NCBI GenBank assembly: GCA_040386535.1
Contig: JAZKFH010000005.1
Span: 222,298 to 286,297 of the forward strand
Direction of reading: 5' to 3'
Source of the DNA: Myxococcota bacterium
GTDB taxonomy: Bacteria; Myxococcota_A; UBA796; SXON01
Length of the DNA stretch: 64,000 nucleotides
The notes below the pieces were generated by a model. That model saw only the letters and a program-made list of their open reading frames with translations. It had not been told where the DNA came from and ran no database searches. The position numbers and the translations under genes were made by a program. Position 1 is the stretch's first letter, and the number at the start of each line of letters is the position of its first letter. Below, in pieces: positions 56,434-64,000 of the stretch.

Positions 56434-57555
56434 CTAGTCCTTCCCGCGGTAGAACGTGGGGATGTCGTAGTCATCGCCGCGGAGCGTGTCGAACCCGCTC
56501 ACGACGCCGCCGCGGGAGGGGCCGCGGGGGGACATGCCGGCGTTGACCGCCTTCTGGAGGCGGACCTCGGCGGGCGGGGTGCGGACGTTCTGGCGGATGG
56601 CCTCCTGAAAGCCGGTCGCCACCACGGTCACGCGGACGGTGTCACCCATCGACTCGTCTACGACGAGGCCGAAGATCACGTTCACGTCTTCCGCGGTCTC
56701 CTCGCCCACCATGTGCGCGGCCTCGTTCACCTCGTAGAGCGTGAGGCTGGACGAACCGGTGAAGTTCAGGAGCACGCTGGTGGCGCCGCTGATGGACACG
56801 TCATCCAGGAGGGGCGACGAGATGGCGCGCTGCGCCGCGTCGACCGTGCGGTGCTGGCCGCTGCCGAGACCCACGCCCATGAGCGCGAGGCCCTTGTCCT
56901 TCATGATCGTGCGCACGTCGGCAAAATCGATGTTGATGATGCCCTGGTAGTTGATGAGGTCGGCGATGCCCTTGACGGCCTGGAGCAGCACGTCGTCGGC
57001 CATGCCGAAGGCCTCGGCCATCAACGTCTTCTCCGACGCCATGGTCAGGAGGCGCTGGTTCGGGATGGTGATCAGCGTGTCGACGTGGGACATCATGTTC
57101 TCGATGCCCTCTTCCGCCTGACGACGCCGACGCTTGCCCTCGAAGGGGAACGGGCGGGTGACGACGCCCACGGTGAGGCAGCCGAGCTCGCGCGCGACTT
57201 CGCACACCACGGGGGCCGCGCCGGTGCCGGTGCCGCCGCCCATGCCGGCGGTGACGAAGACCATGTCCGCGCCGGCGATGAGCTCGGCGAGCCGATCGCG
57301 ATCCTCGAGCGCGGCTTCACGGCCCACTTCGGGGTCGGCGCCGGCGCCGAGGCCCTTGGTGAGCTGGGCGCCGAGCTGGAAGCGGCGCGGGGCGAGGGAC
57401 CGCTTGAGGTCCTGCCCGTCGGTGTTGATCGCGATGAACTCGACCCCGGTGAGGCCGGACCGGACCATGTTGTTGATGGCGTTGCCGCCGCCGCCACCGA
57501 CGCCGATGACCTTGATGCGCGCGCCGCTGTGCTCGTTGTCTACGATCTCGATCAT
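56434..57555 (-). CDS. ftsZ: Cell division protein FtsZ
   Basis: [28 protein letters not shown] and C-terminal DIPTF. Confidence 0.99.
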   Translation of the reverse strand: MIEIVDNEHSGARIKVIGVGGGGGNAINNMVRSGLTGVEFIAINTDGQDLKRSLAPRRFQLGAQLTKGLGAGADPEVGREAALEDRDRLAELIAGADMVFVTAGMGGGTGTGAAPVVCEVARELGCLTVGVVTRPFPFEGKRRRRQAEEGIENMMSHVDTLITIPNQRLLTMASEKTLMAEAFGMADDVLLQAVKGIADLINYQGIINIDFADVRTIMKDKGLALMGVGLGSGQHRTVDAAQRAISSPLLDDVSISGATSVLLNFTGSSSLTLYEVNEAAHMVGEETAEDVNVIFGLVVDESMGDTVRVTVVATGFQEAIRQNVRTPPAEVRLQKAVNAGMSPRGPSRGGVVSGFDTLRGDDYDIPTFYRGKD

Positions 57556-57626
57556 GGCGACCTCGGGGGGGATTCCTGTCTGCCGGGACAGGAAGAGGAG
57601 GGTGGGAGCTGGGGAAGCTGGGGGAT

Positions 57627-58460
57627 TCAGAGGGGGGAGACGACGGCCATCTTGGGGTAGCCGAGGTCGATGCGAAGGGGGCGGGAGAGATCGACGCCGC
57701 GAGAGGCCAGCTCGTCGAGGCGGGAGAACGCGGAGGCGGTGCCGGAGCCGGGCTCCGCGTGGCCCGTGCCGGGGAAGCCCAGCAGGACCTCTCCGCCATT
57801 CCGGAGCGCGAGCGTATATCCCGATTCTGCGTCAAAACGCACCTCGGAGATGTCGACTTCACGCAAACCCGCGCGCCCCGGCGCCGCGTCGAGGATGCCA
57901 AGTGCATCGTGCACGATCCGGCGGGCGAGGGCCGGATCCGAATCGGCCAGCGCGGGGGGGATCCCGGTCAGGATCGGATGGTCGAGCTGGTCCGGATCGG
58001 CGCGCCGAAACGGGGTGCCCTCGGTGTCGACCAGGTAGAGCCCGTCCAGCAGCAGCAGCGCCCGAACCTGGCGTTCGCGCACCTGAATCACGACGGTATC
58101 CGGAAACACGCGACGCGCCTCGGCCTCGGCCACCCACGGATGGCGGGCCACCCCGGCCATCGCGGCGTCGAGATCGAGGGTGAGGAGGGGGGCGCCGGGC
58201 GTGAGATCGGCGAGGTGCCGCAGTTGCGCGACCGACGCATGGTCGTTCCCCACCACCCGCAGCGTGCGGAAGCGCATCGCCTCGCTGCCCAAGGCGAGCC
58301 AGCCCAGCCCACCCACGAGGGCGGACACGGACACGACGGTGAGGGCGGCGCGGAGCAGGGACAAGCGGATCCCAGAAGCGTACCGACCGTTGTACCGGAG
58401 GGGCACGCCATTGACAAGGCAAGACGACAAAGATCTCGACTTCGAGAGAGTCCGGTCCAA
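57627..58460 (-). CDS. ftsQ: Cell division protein FtsQ/DivIB
   Basis: TM helix then POTRA domain (VVGNDH...[24 protein letters not shown]) and C-terminal RIDLG. Start uncertain (alternative GTG at 58406). Confidence 0.9.
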   Translation of the reverse strand: MDRTLSKSRSLSSCLVNGVPLRYNGRYASGIRLSLLRAALTVVSVSALVGGLGWLALGSEAMRFRTLRVVGNDHASVAQLRHLADLTPGAPLLTLDLDAAMAGVARHPWVAEAEARRVFPDTVVIQVRERQVRALLLLDGLYLVDTEGTPFRRADPDQLDHPILTGIPPALADSDPALARRIVHDALGILDAAPGRAGLREVDISEVRFDAESGYTLALRNGGEVLLGFPGTGHAEPGSGTASAFSRLDELASRGVDLSRPLRIDLGYPKMAVVSPL

Positions 58461-58483
58461 GTTCCCGGATCCTTACATCAGAA

Positions 58484-59358
58484 CTACAGTTTGCCGCCGC
58501 GGCCGGGGGGCGCCATGCGGTCGTCCAGCTCGAGGCCGGTGGCGGTGTGGACCCGCTCCCGGACGGCCTGGAGGAGGAGCCGGAGCTGGCGGGCGGAGCC
58601 GTCGCCGCGGTTGGCGAGCACCGTGGGATCCTCCTCGGCGAGGATTGCGCCGCCGAGGCGGAGCCCGCCGAGGCCGAGGTTGCGGAGGAGCTCCGGCAGC
58701 GCGGGCAGGTTGCGACGCTTGTGGTCGCGAAAGGCGCGCCCGGCCGGCGGCGGATGGAGCTTGACGCCCGGGCGGAGGAGCGCGGCCACCACGAGCGACT
58801 TCGCGTCGGGCGCCATGCCGGGGGTGGGCTCGATCTCGTCGATGCCGCGGGAGCGGAAGCGACGGAGGCGGACGACGGCGGGCAGGATCCAGCCGTCCTC
58901 CCAGGCGTCGGCGAGGGTGCCGGGCACGCGGGCGTAGGCGGCGAAACCCGTGCGGAGGCCGAGCAGGGCGAGCGGCGTGGCGGCCCCGATCCAGACGCCC
59001 GCTTCGTCGTCGCGGATGAACTCGAAGCCGACGCCGAGGCGCAACCCCACGCCGGTGAGGCCCCCTTCTGGCGGCATCGCGTCGCAGAAGGGCGGGAGCG
59101 GGCGCAACGCCAGCTTCTCGGCCCGCGCCGCCTTGACGACCGCGAGGAGCGCGGCCTCGTCATCCACCTGGACCCACAGCTCGAACGTGCCGCCGGTGCG
59201 GAGCGGGAGGTGCCGCCCGATGGGCTCCTCCTCGTGCGCGGTCACCCCGCCGAGGAGGCGGGGCGGGCGCTCGGCCTTCGGCTCGACGGCGGTCGCGAGG
59301 GGGGCGGGCTCCGGCGTGGTCCCCTCCCCCTCGGCGACGGCAATCGGCTCGGGCACGC

Positions 59359-59362
<4 letters not shown>
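58484..59362 (-). CDS. Highly divergent MurB-like protein, catalytic motifs eroded
   Basis: Position after murC with ATGA overlap; remnants EEPIGRHLPLRTGG, VPGT, AGRAF, LANRG and V...TGLEL. Confidence 0.7.
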
Positions 59363-60746
<1,384 letters not shown>

Positions 60747-60747
<1 letters not shown>

Positions 60748-61922
60748 CAGGCGCCTCGCGAGAACATGGAGGCGACGCGCGCACCGACGCGCGGCGTCGG
60801 CTCCGGGGCACCGTTCGGCGCGGGCACGGCGTCGGTCTCGCGCGCCTCGGCGGACACCGACAGCAGGACCCCGACGGCCGCGAGGTTGACCATCATCGCG
60901 CTCGCGCCGTAGCTGATGAACGGGAGCACGAGGCCCTTGGGCGGCACGAGGCTGGTGACGACGCCGAGGTTCAGGCACGCCTGCGCCACGATCATCGCGG
61001 TGAAGGTGCTGGCGAGCAGCGCCCCGAACGGATCCGCCGCGCGCCGGGCGATGGAGAAGCCGCGCGCCGCGAAGAGGCCGTAGAGCATCAGGAGGAGGCA
61101 CATGCCGACGAGCCCGAGCTCCTCGCCGAGCACGGCCGCGATGAAGTCGTTGTACGGCTCCGGCAGGTACAGCAGCTTTGCCGAGCCCTCGCCGGGGCCC
61201 TGCCCGAACAGGCCGCCGTGGTGCATCGCGAGCAGCGACTGGCACACCTGGTAGCCGTCACCCGAGCAGTCGGCGAACGGGTCCATGAAGCTCATCAGCC
61301 GCTTGATGCGGTAGGGCTCGGCCACCATCAGCAGGCCCAGGCCGCCCACCATCGCCGCTCCGCCGCCCGCGATCCACGCCCAGCGCAGCCCGGCGAAGAA
61401 GAACATGAGCCCGGCGAGCACCGTGATGATCGCGGTCGAGCCGAAGTCGGGCTGGAGCGCCACGAGTGTGAGCGGGAACGCCAGCATGCCGGCCGCGCCG
61501 AGCAGGACGCGCTGGCCGTGGATGTCGGTGCGGTTGCGGTGGAGCCACGTCGCGAGGCACACCAGCAGGACCACCTTGAGGAACTCGGCGGGCTGGAAGT
61601 GGATGCCGCCGACGCCGAACCAGCGCGCCGAGCCGTTGGCCGCGTGCCCGATCCCGGGGACCCACACGAGGAACAGCGACAACGTCGTGAGCACGTAGAG
61701 CGTAGGCGCCCACGCCCGGAGCCGCTTGTACGGGAGCCGCGCGAGCACCGCCATGAACACGAAGCCGAGCAGCGCCGCGAACCCCTGGCGGGTCACGTGG
61801 TGCATCGCGTTCTTGTACTGTTCGGCGGCGATGAACGCGCTCGCCGAGTACACCATCGCCAGCCCGAACGCGACGAGCGTGAGCGTGAGGAACAGGAGCG
61901 GAAGATCGTAGCGGCGCTTCAT
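60747..61922 (-). CDS. ftsW: SEDS peptidoglycan polymerase FtsW
   Basis: MVYSAS, NGSARW, QPAEFLK, QPDFG, LPEPYNDFI, PKGLVLPFISYG. Confidence 0.97.
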
Positions 61923-63295
61923 GCGGGCAGCCCCCGCACCAGCGCGCGGAAGTGCCGCCCGCGGTGCTCGAAATCGGTGAACGCGTCGAACGACGCACAA
62001 GCGGGCGAGAGCAGGACCGTGTCGCCGTCACGGGCAGCGGTGGCGAGCAACGCCACGGCGTCGTCGAGACCGGGGACGCGCTGCGGCCGCAGCCCGGAGG
62101 CCTCGAGCACCGTCGCGATGCGCGGGCCCGCCTCGCCGAAGCAGACCACGCCGCGCACCTTGCGGAGCGGCTCGGCGAGCGCCTCGTAGGCGGCGCCCTC
62201 CTTGCCGCGCCCGCCGAGGAGCACCCAGGTTCCCGGGCCGATGCCGCGCACCGCCGCGAGCGCGGCCTCGACGTTCGTGGCCTTGGAGTCGTCAATCCAG
62301 GTGACGCCGCGCCGCACCGCCACGCGCTCCATGCGGTGGGGCAGCCCTTCCAGGCCGGCCAGCCGCAGATCCTGGCGCCACAGGCCGCCACAGAGGGCGA
62401 GCAGCACGGCGCACGCGACGTTCTCGCGGTTGTGGGCGCCGGGAAGGTCGAAGCCGTCGAGCGACACGTCGCCCGGATCGTGGACGCCGTCGAGCACGAG
62501 GCGGTCGGCCATCACGCGGACGCCCGGGCTACCGCCGAGCCACAGGCGACGGCCCGGGAGCAGGGCGGACAGGCGGATGAGCCGCGCGTCGTCGAACGGC
62601 ACCAGCGCGAAGTCGGCCGGCCCCATCTTCGCGAACAGGCGGCACTTGGCCTCGCCGTACGCGTCCATGGTGCCGTGGCGCTCGAGGTGATCGGGCGTGA
62701 GGTTCAGGATCGCGGCCGCGCGCGGGCGGAAGCCGGGGATCCGCTTGCCGCCGCCGGCCAGCTCCATCTGGTAGCTGGACACCTCGACGACGCACATCTC
62801 GAGGTCCTGGCCGACCGCGAGGGAGAGCGGCTGGCCGAGGTTTCCGCCGGTGAACGTGCGGAGGCCGGCGCGCTCGCAGAGCTGGCCGAGCAGGTGCGTG
62901 GTGGTGCTCTTGCCGTTGGTGCCGCTGACCGCCAGGATGGGGGCGGAGAGGAACGCCGCCGCGAACGCGAGCTCGCCGACGACCTCGACGCCCGACGCGA
63001 TCGCGGCGACGAGGTCGGGCTGGCGGGCGGGCACGCCGGGCGAGACCACGACGAGATCGGCGCCGACGAAGTCCTCGCGGCGATGCGCACCGTACACGGG
63101 CTCGGTGCCGACGACGACCGGGGCGTCTGCCCGCAGGTCGGTGCACGTCACCTTGGCGCCCCGCCGCACGGCGAGCTCGGCCGCGGCCACGCCGGAGCGG
63201 GCCATGCCGACGACGAGCACGCGCAGGCCGCGCAGATCGGGGCCGTGCGGCGCGGCGCCCACGATGGCGGCGGTGGCGGCGGCGGGCGAGCTCAT
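61919..63295 (-). CDS. murD: UDP-N-acetylmuramoyl-L-alanine--D-glutamate ligase
   Basis: [48 protein letters not shown]. Confidence 0.98.
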   Translation of the reverse strand: MSSPAAATAAIVGAAPHGPDLRGLRVLVVGMARSGVAAAELAVRRGAKVTCTDLRADAPVVVGTEPVYGAHRREDFVGADLVVVSPGVPARQPDLVAAIASGVEVVGELAFAAAFLSAPILAVSGTNGKSTTTHLLGQLCERAGLRTFTGGNLGQPLSLAVGQDLEMCVVEVSSYQMELAGGGKRIPGFRPRAAAILNLTPDHLERHGTMDAYGEAKCRLFAKMGPADFALVPFDDARLIRLSALLPGRRLWLGGSPGVRVMADRLVLDGVHDPGDVSLDGFDLPGAHNRENVACAVLLALCGGLWRQDLRLAGLEGLPHRMERVAVRRGVTWIDDSKATNVEAALAAVRGIGPGTWVLLGGRGKEGAAYEALAEPLRKVRGVVCFGEAGPRIATVLEASGLRPQRVPGLDDAVALLATAARDGDTVLLSPACASFDAFTDFEHRGRHFRALVRGLPA

Positions 63296-64000
63296 CGCAG
63301 CTTCAGCGTGGAGAGGGCCACGACCGCGAGCAGCGCGGAGATGATCCAGAACCGCACGATGATCTTCGGCTCGCTCCAGCCCACCTTCTCGAAGTGGTGG
63401 TGGATCGGCGCCATCTTCAGCAGGCGCTTGCCCGTGCGCTTGAACCAGAAGACCTGGGCGATGACGGAGAGGGTCTCCATCACGAAGATGCCGCCGACGA
63501 GGGCCAGGAGCATCTCGTGCTTGGTGATGACCGCGAGGGCGCCGAGCGCGCCGCCGAGGGCGAGCGAGCCCACGTCGCCCATGAAGATCTGGGCGGGGTA
63601 GCAGTTGTACCAGAGGAACCCGAGGCCGGCGCCCACGATCGCGAGGGAGAACACGGACAACTCCCCGGCGCCCGCGATCTGGGGGATGCCGAGGTAGGCC
63701 GAAAACTCGGCGTGTCCCGCCACGTAGGCGAGCACGGCGAACGTACCCGCGCTGGTGATGGTGGAGCCGATGGCGAGGCCGTCCAGCCCGTCCGTGAGGT
63801 TCACGGCGTTGGACGCGCCGACGAGCACGAACACGCCGATGAGCACGTAGATCCAGCCGAGCACGTCGGGGGCGCCGGGCCAGAGCTCCGCGAAGTCGAT
63901 GATGGCGTGCTTGAAGAACGGGAGATGGAGCTGGGCGTCCATCACGCCGGTGACGTAGGCGACGCCGAACACGGCGAACCCGATCGCGGTCTGCCAGAAG
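63292..64000 (-). CDS. mraY: Phospho-N-acetylmuramoyl-pentapeptide transferase (5' end beyond window)
   Basis: [34 protein letters not shown]. Confidence 0.98.
   Translation of the reverse strand, partial: FWQTAIGFAVFGVAYVTGVMDAQLHLPFFKHAIIDFAELWPGAPDVLGWIYVLIGVFVLVGASNAVNLTDGLDGLAIGSTITSAGTFAVLAYVAGHAEFSAYLGIPQIAGAGELSVFSLAIVGAGLGFLWYNCYPAQIFMGDVGSLALGGALGALAVITKHEMLLALVGGIFVMETLSVIAQVFWFKRTGKRLLKMAPIHHHFEKVGWSEPKIIVRFWIISALLAVVALSTLKLR

Overview
High-GC bacterial chromosome, probably Myxococcota/Deltaproteobacteria. This is inferred from the sigma54 activator, the CotH, FG-GAP and Cys/Asp-repeat lipoproteins and the rimP-nusA-ylxR-infB-DUF503 order. The window has two parts. (1) 1-16290 looks like a genomic island just downstream of the tmRNA gene (ssrA, 16299-16667, minus strand, tag ANNSNHFSEALAA). 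It holds a tightly packed minus-strand operon of at least 13 genes that runs off the left edge. In order: DUF4258-like protein, CMPK2/TMPK-like kinase fused to a PhyH dioxygenase, second PhyH, M20 hydrolase with an unknown N-domain, arylamine N-acetyltransferase fused to a GT-A-like domain, beta-propeller, sigma54 activator, nucleotide-sugar dehydrogenase, epimerase, CobM-like methylase, LOG/SLOG protein, SAM methyltransferase, polysaccharide deacetylase. A -24/-12 promoter precedes it and a divergent P-loop gene flanks it. I recognise no described pathway with this composition, so it is the best candidate for a new system (modified nucleoside/sugar-nucleotide chemistry, possibly defensive). 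(2) 16700-64000 is mostly core genome: tandem Em/GsiB stress genes, an archaeal-type valS, surface lipoproteins, dprA/LysM/SPOR, the nusA-infB operon, pal-like/cpoB, a glycosyltransferase cluster with a LarA-like gene, and a dcw cluster that lacks murG, ddl and ftsA at their usual positions and carries a MurB homolog with eroded catalytic motifs. All calls come from visual motif recognition; no database searches were run, and refined start codons are my estimates.
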